From an uncultured Nitrospiraceae bacterium (GTDB taxonomy: Bacteria; Nitrospirota; Nitrospiria; Nitrospirales; Nitrospiraceae), in contig CAVPLT010000004.1 in the NCBI GenBank assembly GCA_963706325.1, forward strand, positions 224,001-288,000: DNA of 64,000 bases, in the 5' to 3' direction. Position numbers and translations under genes: made by a program. Below are positions 9,316 to 19,400 of this stretch, in pieces; positions within the stretch are counted from its first letter, which is position 1, and each line of letters begins with the position of its first letter. The notes under the pieces were generated by a model. It worked only from the letters and a program-made list of their open reading frames with translations. It was not told the origin of the DNA and did not search any database.

Positions 9316-10881
9316 CTACGATTCTCGCCTTCCGGTCCGATAAAACTGGAACTCGTCCCCAGAACCGACTGGCGTAAAGTTTGCCGGGACAGGCGGCTTC
9401 AGCCGTTGACTCCGTCGTATCACCAAATAGTCGTATTGGGCTCCGATCCGGTCCCATGGAATGGGATCACCTTGAACAAGGAATTCTTCAATCGTCAGCA
9501 GGGGGCGGACAGCCGGAGTGAGTTGAATTGGTTGCTGCCCTGGTGCGGCAAAGAGGTTCGAGACGAAGAATGATCGCCGGAGAACCCCCCAGCAGGAGAG
9601 GTTGACCATAGGCATTGATTCAGGAATTCGTCCTTCCGCGGGAGAATACGCGTCAAAGGATGCAAGCTTGATAGCCGACAACAGACGGGTTCCCTCCGGC
9701 AGCTGGTCGAGCTGATGCACGAACTGGCGGTAGTGACGATCCGTTTCGCGCCAATGGTCCGTGATAGCGGCCATCCGGACTACAAACAACATGCCTAGTA
9801 TCAGTGCCAGCAGCGCAAGCCACCGTCTGGTCATCACCGGCCAATCAACACTCGCGAGGGCGAACAACACAAAAGCAATGGGCATTCGTATATCGACCAA
9901 CGCGGTAGTACCAATCGAACTGGGCATGGCCGCAGTCGCCAGTGCGAGGACACCCAGCGGAAGGTACATCGAGGGCAAGACGGAACAGCGGCGCCGCGCC
10001 AGCCCTACTCCCAGGAGAGCAAGCAGGATGAGCGCCGTGACGCGATCGAGCATCTGGTGCTCTGTGCGAACCGTGCCCTTCAGAGCTTCGAGCTTGGTAG
10101 CAAGGGGAAGAAAATCGACGACAGGCGGCTTTGACGGCCCTCTATACCAAAAGGGGTCATTGTCAGGATTGCCTTTGAAGCTAGGGGACAGTATGAGCAG
10201 GATGAGCGGCAGCACGACGGTGGGAAGCGCTTTCCACCAGGGTTTGACGAAGTCTGGAATACGTTCGCGACGATGGTTCCACCACTGGGCGAACTCGTAG
10301 GTCAGGAGCACCATCGCGAAGACGCCGAATGCAAAAAGATGGGCGAAGAACAAGACGGTGGTTATCAGTGAAAACAAAGGAATGACCAGAGCGGCGGAGC
10401 GGTCGCGTAGTCTCATCCAGAGTGCGCAGGCGAACAAGGCGAGACCGAGGCCAAACAGATAATTGAGAAATCCCCAGAGGAAGACACTGTTATAGAGAAA
10501 GAAGAACGCCAGCAGGGGCCAGGGCGACCAACGTCGGTGCAAAGCCCCATGGAAGGTTATCACGCCGCCTGCCAGCAATGCGAAGGTCAGTCCGATGAAG
10601 ACCTTGCCGGCGGTTTCGATTGTCATGAACCGGGTGAGCGGGGGCACCACCAAATCCATTGCGAGGTTCGGGAGAATGTTCCAATGGATCTCATAGAATT
10701 GGGTGAGCAACGGGGACCGGCCTGTGTCGGCCAGGATATGCATTCTGGCCATGTGGTTGGGATAGTCCACCAACGGAGGGATCTGGACCAGTACGACAGG
10801 GATCAATGCGATGCCGAGCAGAATGAGGGCTCCGATAAGAACTTGGAACAGAGGCGCTCTGGCGTGTGTAAAGGTCGCGAT
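9316..10881 (-). CDS. multi-pass membrane protein, putative GT-C glycosyltransferase
   Basis: PPLVDYPNHMAR motif after the first TM helix, WGFLNY and many TM segments. Start extended to ATC 10881 (see findings); the ORF track starts at TTG 10806. Confidence 0.7.
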   Translation of the reverse strand: MATFTHARAPLFQVLIGALILLGIALIPVVLVQIPPLVDYPNHMARMHILADTGRSPLLTQFYEIHWNILPNLAMDLVVPPLTRFMTIETAGKVFIGLTFALLAGGVITFHGALHRRWSPWPLLAFFFLYNSVFLWGFLNYLFGLGLALFACALWMRLRDRSAALVIPLFSLITTVLFFAHLFAFGVFAMVLLTYEFAQWWNHRRERIPDFVKPWWKALPTVVLPLILLILSPSFKGNPDNDPFWYRGPSKPPVVDFLPLATKLEALKGTVRTEHQMLDRVTALILLALLGVGLARRRCSVLPSMYLPLGVLALATAAMPSSIGTTALVDIRMPIAFVLFALASVDWPVMTRRWLALLALILGMLFVVRMAAITDHWRETDRHYRQFVHQLDQLPEGTRLLSAIKLASFDAYSPAEGRIPESMPMVNLSCWGVLRRSFFVSNLFAAPGQQPIQLTPAVRPLLTIEEFLVQGDPIPWDRIGAQYDYLVIRRSQRLKPPVPANFTPVGSGDEFQFYRTGRRES

Positions 10882-10976
10882 GGCCTACCCCTCAAAACAA
10901 GACGTATCGCTCTTGTAACGAAGAATGCGCGGTAAACGCAAGAATTTCGACGCTCACAGGAAGGGCAGGTCAACGA

Positions 10977-12227
10977 TTATTTGGCGGCGGTATCCCCGAG
11001 GCTCACGAATTGCCTGCGAAACCCAACGACTTTTGCCAGATAGTCACGGGTCTCTTGATAGGGAAGAGCGGTACGGAGGCGGTCATAGAGCGCGGCCGGT
11101 TGGAGCCCGTTAATTTGTTGCACGGCCGTGCGTTGGTCTTTGGAGAAGGTTTTGAATACATTACCGGCGCCCGTGTTATAGGCGGAGATGACACAGTATT
11201 CTCGTGAAACCAGATCCGTCACGTTGTCTAATTGAGAGTAGGTCAACACATTGAGGTAGGCCGCGCCCAGCTCAATGTTGTTTTCGGGATCGAAGAGATA
11301 GTCACGCGTGGGGGCCTTATCTTCGCCTTTGGCCTTACGATAGGCATCGCGCCCGCCGCTGGTGGGGACCAACTGCATCAAGCCGTACGCCGGCGCCGCA
11401 CTCACGGCAAATGGGTTGAAGTTGCTCTCCGTCCGAATGATGGCGAACACTAGGCTGGGACTGACCTGAAACCGCTCCGAAAACTGCCCCACGACGCCGC
11501 GATACTTCTCCGCTTGTTTGTGCGAGAAATTGGTGACCATCGGGATGTTGACGAGGTGGGCAGTCTTCTGCCCCCCATCTTGTTCGAGCGTACGCGTCGT
11601 TGGGCTTTTCGAGAGAAGCGCTTCGGCAAACTGTTCCGCTTCGGCCTGGGTTCGCACCGGTTTACCGGTCTTATCCAGTACCAGGCCGAGGAGATAGGGT
11701 TCCTTCTCTCCAGTCAGGCTGATTTCTTTATCCGTGAACAGGTCAACGCTACGGGGATCGTTGGGTGTCAGCAGGGTAGTGACTACGGCGTTTTTCAGGC
11801 TGGCTTGGGGGTTCTTGTCGTCAAGTGTTTCGATCAGAATGTTCCCTGCGTCGAAATCAACAATGGCTCGGCTGCGATAGTTTTGGGTATACTTAACGTA
11901 CGTCTTCTGCTCCGGCAGCTTGACCTCTTTAGTGCCCCACTTTTTGCCGACCTCTCCTGTCAAGGCCGCCATCAAGGCCTGGAAATCGCGTTGAATCGAG
12001 CGAAGGTCTCGCAGCAGGGCCTGAGGGTCTCGTCCATAATTCTCCATTCGTCGCCGCGCGATTACAGCGGGATCCTTGCCGCCCACGATATCCAGCACCG
12101 TTCTTCCGCTGTTGCTGCCGACGGCGCGCTCGGCGGCGCCGAGCATTTTGTCGGTCGTTTCGCAGCCGGAAAAGAACGTGAGGAGCATGAGACTGAAGAA
12201 CAGGCATGGCCATTGTCGGTTGATCAT
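10977..12227 (-). CDS. mltC: membrane-bound lytic murein transglycosylase C (DUF3393 + SLT), lipoprotein
   Basis: Lipobox FFSGC; YVKYTQNYRSRAIVDF, IIRTESNFNP, GLMQL and SAYNTGAG. Confidence 0.9.
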   Translation of the reverse strand: MINRQWPCLFFSLMLLTFFSGCETTDKMLGAAERAVGSNSGRTVLDIVGGKDPAVIARRRMENYGRDPQALLRDLRSIQRDFQALMAALTGEVGKKWGTKEVKLPEQKTYVKYTQNYRSRAIVDFDAGNILIETLDDKNPQASLKNAVVTTLLTPNDPRSVDLFTDKEISLTGEKEPYLLGLVLDKTGKPVRTQAEAEQFAEALLSKSPTTRTLEQDGGQKTAHLVNIPMVTNFSHKQAEKYRGVVGQFSERFQVSPSLVFAIIRTESNFNPFAVSAAPAYGLMQLVPTSGGRDAYRKAKGEDKAPTRDYLFDPENNIELGAAYLNVLTYSQLDNVTDLVSREYCVISAYNTGAGNVFKTFSKDQRTAVQQINGLQPAALYDRLRTALPYQETRDYLAKVVGFRRQFVSLGDTAAK

Positions 12228-12429
12228 GGCGGGAGTATACCGAAGGTTGCTCGGAGAGGAAAAGAAAATCTCTTAATGGGCATTGTTCGGCCTGCAAAAG
12301 ACACGAACACTGAGCTTAACCGACCAACGCTTGGATTGAGGGGCAGGTATATCCACGTGCTTGACGGGTGGTTTTATAGATCGGTACGATACTACGCGAT
12401 GAGTGGTGTGTGAGCGAAAGGTAGGGAGT

Positions 12430-13104
12430 ATGGAGTGCAATTCTAGTGGCATGATGCCAAAGTGTCATCCCACAAGATGGCGCTGGAGTTACCCTGTCGT
12501 ATTCTGGTGTCTTGCCGTGATGCTGCCGGGGATTGCACAGGGGGAACCTTCCCTGTCCTCGCAGAGCTCCACGCTGGCTGTTCAACGCACCATGAACGAA
12601 ATCTTGTACATCCTCACGGAATTGAAGGATACCAGCCGGTCGACGCAACGCCTGTGGGAGATCGAGCAAGTCGTGCGCCGCTCATTCAATTATGAAGAGA
12701 TGGCTGAGCGCTCCATCGGAGAGGCATGGGATGGCCTGAGCGCAAACGAGCGTCGGCAATACGTTCGGCTCTTTGTGCAGTTGTTGCGCGACGAGGTGGC
12801 CGACAAACTTCGTGAATACTCTCCGAGGCAGGTTGCGTATGTCTCCGAAGAGGGGAATGATGAGGCGGCGCGGGTCATGACAGCGCCTGCGGGAGCGAAA
12901 GTTGATGCCAGGATTGAGTTTCAGGTGGTACGTCGATCCGGAGCGTGGATCATGAATGACTTGGTCTGCGATGGCGTCAGCATTGTAACAAACTACCGCA
13001 CCCAATTCGCGCGCATTATGCGTGAAGGCTCCTTTTTGGAACTGATGGAGCACATGAAGCAGCAGGCACTCCTGGCAAAAGTAACCGAAAAAGTCGATTC
13101 GTGA
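12430..13104 (+). CDS. MlaC/Ttg2D-family phospholipid-binding protein (no mla transporter genes nearby)
   Basis: Signal-peptide-like segment, FNYEEMAERSIGEAW and WIMNDLVCDGVSIVTNYRTQF. Confidence 0.8.
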   Translation: MECNSSGMMPKCHPTRWRWSYPVVFWCLAVMLPGIAQGEPSLSSQSSTLAVQRTMNEILYILTELKDTSRSTQRLWEIEQVVRRSFNYEEMAERSIGEAWDGLSANERRQYVRLFVQLLRDEVADKLREYSPRQVAYVSEEGNDEAARVMTAPAGAKVDARIEFQVVRRSGAWIMNDLVCDGVSIVTNYRTQFARIMREGSFLELMEHMKQQALLAKVTEKVDS

Positions 13105-13157
13105 AGGGTCCTACTTCCTTGCGTCAAGAGAAGCCCATTCCGCCTTATCGCCGAAAT

Positions 13158-13940
13158 TTACGCAAGGGTCATGAATCCCACGAAATTGTCCTTATGAACC
13201 TGAATCAGGAGTTTTTGACGGTTGTTGACGCCGACTTTGTTGAAGATGCTCGTAAGGTGATGGCGTACGGTTATGTCGGAAATGGACAACCTATCTGCAA
13301 TGCCTTTGTTGGAAAGGCCCTGTCCAACTAAGGCGACAATCTCCCGCTCGCGGTCGGTCAGGGTCCCCTGCCATTTCAGTAACGATGGCTTCGCCTCTCC
13401 GATGATCCCGCCCGTTCCAACCATCTCCGATCGGCCCGTGTCGCTGCGTTGAGAAACCACCGTCTCAGTCGGGAGCCGACTGACGTGGTCGATGGTCACA
13501 AGTAGGACTGCCGCCGGCTGCGTATTCAGCACAATGCCGTCTACATTGGACGACAGGGTCTGCAAAACGTGGAGGTTGTCTTCAATGTCGCTCAAGACAA
13601 TAACTCTCGCCGTTGGGACGGATGATTTCATTTTCCGGACCAGTCCCAGGATATCGACCTCAGGCGTGAGCTCGATGATGATCACCTGAGGTTTCTCTCG
13701 CGCGATGAGTTCCTCCGCTTTCACCGCGCTCGTCGTTGCTGTGAGGAGCGTGATGTAGGGTGCAGCTTTGATGGCTGTCTGCAGGCCGAGTCGCACGAGG
13801 TGATTGTTGCTCACGAGCGCCACTGTAATCGTGGGAGGGCTTGGTTGAAGCCCTTTCATCGTGCTACCAGAAGATTTCTCCATGACATCAGTGGGTGTTC
13901 TGAGTTCCGTTCGAGAAGAGGTCGACATGCTGGTGACCAT
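13158..13940 (-). CDS. LuxR-family regulator with an atypical receiver domain
   Basis: C-terminal LTDREREIVALVGQGLSNKGIADRLSISDITVRHHLTSIF HTH. The receiver lacks its conserved Asp and Lys residues. Start uncertain. Confidence 0.85.
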   Translation of the reverse strand: MVTSMSTSSRTELRTPTDVMEKSSGSTMKGLQPSPPTITVALVSNNHLVRLGLQTAIKAAPYITLLTATTSAVKAEELIAREKPQVIIIELTPEVDILGLVRKMKSSVPTARVIVLSDIEDNLHVLQTLSSNVDGIVLNTQPAAVLLVTIDHVSRLPTETVVSQRSDTGRSEMVGTGGIIGEAKPSLLKWQGTLTDREREIVALVGQGLSNKGIADRLSISDITVRHHLTSIFNKVGVNNRQKLLIQVHKDNFVGFMTLA

Positions 13941-13947
13941 CCTTCTG

Positions 13948-14409
13948 TCAGCCCACAGGCGCAACCTGTGACCCCGGTGAGACCCCGGAGGAATTCAACG
14001 CCTGCCGTCGGCAATACTCATAACAGCTTGAAAGGACCAGGTCCCCTGAGGGCCGCACAGTGCCACATGCCTGTCCCATCAGCAGCGCCCACTCGGCGAC
14101 ATAGGTTGCCAGTTGGACCGGTGTCAGTCCTTGTACTCTGAAGAGATTCAACGCGATCGTCGAGAGCACGACCTTGAGATAGGAGAGGGAGGGCCCATAG
14201 CTGAAGACATATTCATGCTGCCCGGTAAATAGAAGCTGCAGCCCTTCTTGCGCCTTCAAGCCAAAGTGGCCGCAGCGGCCACAACGCATACTCTTTAGGC
14301 CTGTAGTGGCATCATCGATGCCACGGTGGTCTGGTTGCATGAATTGTTGACAGTCAGGTTTCGGACACAGGGTCATCTCTCTCTCCGTGAATGCGGTTGT
14401 GATTGCCAT
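13948..14409 (-). CDS. hypothetical protein with an N-terminal zinc-ribbon-like motif
   Basis: CPKPDC...CGRCG; co-oriented and tightly packed with its neighbours. Confidence 0.6.
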   Translation of the reverse strand: MAITTAFTEREMTLCPKPDCQQFMQPDHRGIDDATTGLKSMRCGRCGHFGLKAQEGLQLLFTGQHEYVFSYGPSLSYLKVVLSTIALNLFRVQGLTPVQLATYVAEWALLMGQACGTVRPSGDLVLSSCYEYCRRQALNSSGVSPGSQVAPVG

Positions 14410-14427
14410 GTAGCCGGTTGGGCGATT

Positions 14428-14736
14428 TTACGCCGAGGGCGAGAGGCGATCAGCGCCTCGCTTGCCGGCAATTCTTGGCTGTGTGGCGGTCATTCGTTCT
14501 GCCTCTAGCCAATCTTGTTTATCATGGCCGTCCCGCCGTCCTCGTTGCAGGTAGAGTTCATACGCCAGCTCCTTAATGCGTGTACGGATTTCGTTGGTTG
14601 CAACGCCATGGCCGTTCTCGTGCGGCACCGCCCGACCCTCCTCCTTGTTCTCCTGTTTCGGGGCAGTCGTGGGGGCGAGGGATCGTCCCTGTTGCCCTTT
14701 AGTCTCCGAAGTTGTGTTGGTCCGCTGTCGTGACAT
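14428..14736 (-). CDS. DUF2934-domain protein
   Basis: IRTRIKELAYELYLQRGRRDGHDKQDWLEAE; AAGGAG Shine-Dalgarno. Confidence 0.85.
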   Translation of the reverse strand: MSRQRTNTTSETKGQQGRSLAPTTAPKQENKEEGRAVPHENGHGVATNEIRTRIKELAYELYLQRGRRDGHDKQDWLEAERMTATQPRIAGKRGADRLSPSA

Positions 14737-14788
14737 GAGTGACGTCTCCTTGGATTGTGTCCTTTACATTTACATTGCGAGCGCCACC

Positions 14789-15196
14789 TCAGAGCAGCCG
14801 CGCGCAAGGTATGCCGAGTTTTGTTTGAAGAAGCTCCACCACTCGAGTGGGTGGGGCAATAGTCGTGCGGTCTTCGGTTGTGCAATGCGGCCTCGCAGGC
14901 AAGGTATCTTGACCCGGCTTGGTCAGCATAAGCATCGGTGCCTGCGGGCAAAGGGCTTTCACGGTTTCTAACGTGTCAGTCCCCTGGCCTCCGAACGTGT
15001 CCTCGTGGGAGTCAGCGCGGAGCAGGATGGCCCCTGGCTGCAACTCCCCGAGATCGTCGATCATGGACTCTAGACTCCGGACAAGAATCGCTTGGTAACC
15101 GCCGGTGGCTAGGCAATCAGCAAGTTCGAGTCCGAACTTCCACTCAGGATCGACAATCATGACCTTAGTTCTGGCCGTCGGGTGGGGACTGTTCAT
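14789..15196 (-). CDS. degenerate single-domain receiver (CheY-like) protein
   Basis: KVMIVDPE, QPGAILLR and PMLMLT follow the REC pattern, but the phospho-acceptor Asp is missing. Confidence 0.6.
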   Translation of the reverse strand: MNSPHPTARTKVMIVDPEWKFGLELADCLATGGYQAILVRSLESMIDDLGELQPGAILLRADSHEDTFGGQGTDTLETVKALCPQAPMLMLTKPGQDTLPARPHCTTEDRTTIAPPTRVVELLQTKLGIPCARLL

Positions 15197-15277
15197 GTTC
15201 TGTTCCTTTCTTTTTCCAGTTTCCGGACCGGGACGGGCACCCCCCCCCATGCGATCCTGGGGAACGCGTGTGATCGG

Positions 15278-15550
15278 CTACGGCCTGCTGCAGCTTCTCA
15301 GGGCTTCCGATTCGCCCAGGTTGGGATCGGGAGGGCGAGCTGCAGGCCGATGCGTCAGGGATAACCTGTACTCGAAGCGATGGAAGTGTTGCAGTGTGAC
15401 CGTTCCCTCCCGCGAGAGCTCGTCAATCGCCGCAAACACCTGGTTCCATGTGCAGGATGAAATTTTGAGGATGAGTGTCTCCAAGGCGCAGGGACCATGC
15501 TCTTCCAAATGCCGGACAATGAGTGACACTGTTTCCCGATTGTCAGTCAT
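15278..15550 (-). CDS. small hypothetical protein, possibly winged-helix
   Basis: IVRHLEEHGPCALETL..TWNQVFAAIDELSREG; GGAG Shine-Dalgarno. Confidence 0.65.
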   Translation of the reverse strand: MTDNRETVSLIVRHLEEHGPCALETLILKISSCTWNQVFAAIDELSREGTVTLQHFHRFEYRLSLTHRPAARPPDPNLGESEALRSCSRP

Positions 15551-15787
15551 GAAATCTCTCCGATCCTTACTGCTCCCTGACAATCCCATCGGGGATTGCT
15601 CTGAATAAGCGGCCTCACTTGGCGCTTTTGATGGGCTATATGTACTAGGAAGGAAGGGTGCGCACCATCGCCCTTCGCACAGATCACCCGTAGCCGTTTT
15701 GGCGAGTTTATGCGTCGACGTTTATGCTACGAAGAACGCAGTTGGCGACGAAATGCGAAGACAGTCACGAGAAGCGGGGGAGGGAGC

Positions 15788-16429
15788 TTATTTGATCAGT
15801 CGGTTCACGAGCCGATTATTGAGCGCGTAATGCGTCAACTCCGTGTTGTTCTTGAGTTGCATCTTTTCAAGAATTCGCGCTCGATAGGTATTGACGGTGC
15901 TGATACTGACGCATAAATCCTCGGCAATGTCCTTCAGGCTTTTTCCGACGGCAATGAGGCACATGACTTGATATTCGCGATCCGATAGTTGTTCATGCAG
16001 CGGTTTTTCCAAATCACTTTCTAGGTTCAATGCTAACAATTCGGCCACCGCTGGGCTCACGAATTTTCCGCCGCTGAGGATTTTTTTGATGGCTCGTACC
16101 AATTCATTGGGGGCGCTGTCTTTCGACAAATAGCCGGACGCTCCCGCTTTCAACATGCGGAGCGCCAATTGATCCTCTGGGTAGGCGCTCAGCACAAGCA
16201 CGGGAAGTTTCGGGTGCAGATGCTTCAGTTCCTTGAGCGCTTCCAGTCCGCTTTTCCCGGGCATACCCACATCCAGGATGACGATATTCCAGTGTCTCTT
16301 CTGAGCTTGCTCGATCATCTCCTCGGCATTTTGAGACTCACCGATGACTGAACACTCAAAGTGTTCCGTCAGGATCTGTTTGACTCCGTGTCGCACCACC
16401 GCATGATCGTCGACGATTAATATTTTCAT
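15788..16429 (-). CDS. NarL/UvrY-family response regulator
   Basis: ILIVDDHAVVR, ILDVGMPG and GYLSKD, with a LuxR HTH (LSDREYQV). Confidence 0.95.
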   Translation of the reverse strand: MKILIVDDHAVVRHGVKQILTEHFECSVIGESQNAEEMIEQAQKRHWNIVILDVGMPGKSGLEALKELKHLHPKLPVLVLSAYPEDQLALRMLKAGASGYLSKDSAPNELVRAIKKILSGGKFVSPAVAELLALNLESDLEKPLHEQLSDREYQVMCLIAVGKSLKDIAEDLCVSISTVNTYRARILEKMQLKNNTELTHYALNNRLVNRLIK

Positions 16430-16497
16430 GGCCGCTGTCCTACGTCGTCGATGTTCGTCAACCCTTCGGCCCTGTGGCGCGGGGGGATAGGCTCCCT

Positions 16498-19400
16498 TTA
16501 CTCCGGCTGTGATTGATCAATGGGAACGCGGACGGTCACCCTCGTGCCCTGTTCCAAGTTGCGGTCGATGGTAGTTTCTCCCCCCAGCAGGAGCGCCCGC
16601 TCGCGCATGCCGAGGAGTCCCAGTGACTGAGCACCGGAGACTTCAGCCTCGGTGATGCCTCGGCCATTGTCGCTCACTTGAAGCAAAAGATTTCCCGAAT
16701 GCTCTTGCATGCTGATGTCCACGCGGGAAGCCTGCGCGTGACGCGCCACATTGGTGAGGATCTCCTGAAAGATGCGGAATACCCCGGTGGAGCGGTCCAC
16801 AGTTAACGCGACGTTCCGGAGATAGATATTCAGTGTGCATTGGATGCCGGTTCGATTCTGGAATTCCTGCGCTTGCCATTCGATGGCGGGAATAAGCCCG
16901 AGTTGGTCCAATACCACCGGCCTCAGCTCGGTTGCAATCTTACGCACGGATTGCATCGTTCGATCTACGAGTGTCACGGTCGACTCGATTCTATCCCGTA
17001 TGGCCGGTCGTAGCTCGGTAACCTGGGCGCGCAATAATGCCAGCTCCAATTTTACGCCCAGCAGGGCTTGCCCCAACTCATCATGGACTTCGCGGGCGAT
17101 CCTGGTTCGTTCTTCTTCTCGGATAGATTCCAGTCGACCGGTCAGACTTCGGAGCCGTTCTTGGGACTGTTGCACCTGCTTTTCAGCACGTTTGCGTTCT
17201 TCTTCTTCGTAGGCCAGGGCGACAAGGTTGGACACGGCGATGGCAAACATCCACTCATCTTCCACCCAGTGCCGCGCAGGCCCGAAATGTTCATGGCAGA
17301 TCACGCCTTCCAATCTGCCGAATAGGTACAGTGGGATATCCATTGTGGAGGTGATGCCGTTCGACTCAGTGCACCCGCCGTGAAATTGGTTAGTCCGGCT
17401 GTCTGTCTGAACATCGTCGATCGCGATCATCTGCGACGCGCTCAATGCCTGAAAGTAGGCCGGGTGGGATGCGACAGGTATCGTCATGCCAGCCGAATGC
17501 CGATCGTCGCGCAACTCGTAGCGATCAATACAGTGGATCGCGTTGCGATTATCTGTATAGCGCCAAATGCCGATTCGCTCGACGTCGAGCGTCCGCGCTG
17601 CCATTTTCATGATATGCCGAAGTGCCTGCAAAAGTTCCGAACTCTGAAAAAACCGGCTTTGGGTGAGACCGGTCAATGCCGATTGCTGTTTGATCAGACG
17701 TAGCGCTCTCTGGCTCCGCTCCTGCTCCAACCGCTTACGAACGGTAATATCGATAAAGGTGATGACCGCTCCTGTGACGCTGTTGTGTTCGAAGATGGGA
17801 GAGGAAGAGTAGTCGGCTGGAAAAGCCGTTCCGTCCTTCCGCCACAGGACCTCGTTGTCGATGTGGCAGCTTTGCCCGCTCTGCAAGACATGGTAGATGG
17901 GGCACTCATGGAGAGCATAGGGCAAGCCATCAGACAGAGTATGGTGAACCAGCCGGTGCATGTGCTTCCCCCTCACCTCGTCTGGTTCATAGCCCAGCAT
18001 CTTGGCGCCGGCCTTGTTGATGAAGGTGCAGTAGCCTTCCGGATCAATGCCATAAATGCCGTCCCCTGTTGAGTCTAGGAGAAGCAATCGTTCCCTGGTG
18101 AGCCTCTGCCGCTCTTCCTCCGCTCGCTTGCGTTCCGTGATGTCGGTGGAAATGCCGCACATAGAGGACACGTGGCCGGCCTGGTCGCGAATCGGGACTT
18201 TGACCGACAGATAGGTATGCAGGCCGTCGGCATGGGGCGCATATTCTTCGATTTCCAAAGGTCTGCCGTTCGCGAGGACCCACCGGTCGTTTGCCCGAAA
18301 TGCATCGGCGACCTCTTTTGAGAAAATGTCATAGTCGGTTTTGCCGATCACCTGCTCCGAGGTGATATGAAAGATCTGTTCAAAGCGAGAATTGACCATG
18401 AGGTAACGCCCGTCCGCCTGCTTGGCATAGATGGCGGCGGTGGCGTTGTTGATGACAGAACGGAGCAGTACTTCGCTGCGATGGAGAGTTTCCTCGGCGC
18501 GCTTGCGCTCGGTGATATCCGTGGTCATGCCGCATAAGGCATAACAGCCTCCCTGAGGCGTTAGCAGAGGGAACTTCATGACGATGTAAGTGTGATGATT
18601 TTTGTCGAGGATCGCTGTTTCTTCAAACTCCATCGGGACGCCGGACTCAAGCACCTGCCGGTCATTCGCCTGCCAGGCTGCGGCCTGTTCCAAGGGGAAA
18701 AATTCATCGCCTGTTTTGCCGGCAATCTCCGAGTTCATTATGTGGAAGGTCTGTTCGATCTTGCGATTGATCTGCAGGTAGCGCCCTTCCAAATCTTTAA
18801 TAAAAATCATGGAAGGGCTGTTATCCATGATGGCCTTAAACCTTGCCTCGCTTGCACGGAGCGCCTCCTCCGCTCTCACACGTTCGCTGATATCGCGAAT
18901 GATGCCGGTAATGAACAAGGTGGACTTGGCCGTCCACGCCGCCAGGCTGAACTCCAATGGGAACTCCGTGTCGTCTTTTCTCAGCCCTATCAGTTCAAAC
19001 ATGGTGGCTTGTACGGTCAATTTTCCCGCAGCCGCCACACGTTGGACCCCTCGTCGGTGGGCCTCACGGAACCGCTCGGGAATAATGCGGGTCATCGGTT
19101 GGCCGACCATCTCTTTGGCGGTGTAGCCGAATGTCTTCTCTGCGCCGTTGTTCCAGAATGCGACCTGTCCCTCGGTATCCATCAAAATAATCGCATCCCC
19201 GGTCGATTGCACAATCGACCGCAACCGGCCTTCGCTCTCCAGCAGGGCCTCCTCCGCCCGTTTCCGCTCGGTAATGTCCCGAGCCACTGCTTGGAAGCCC
19301 TCCACCCGATTGTCCGCAAGCAGGACTTGCACATTCTGACCGATCCATACCTCGCTGCCATCCTTTGCGAGGGCAGGGAATTCGTAATACGTACTTGGCT

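Noticed and set aside
15240..15248. C9 homopolymer as a possible phase-variation tract
   Set aside because: It lies upstream of the likely start (15196, which has its own Shine-Dalgarno), so it would not shift a coding frame.
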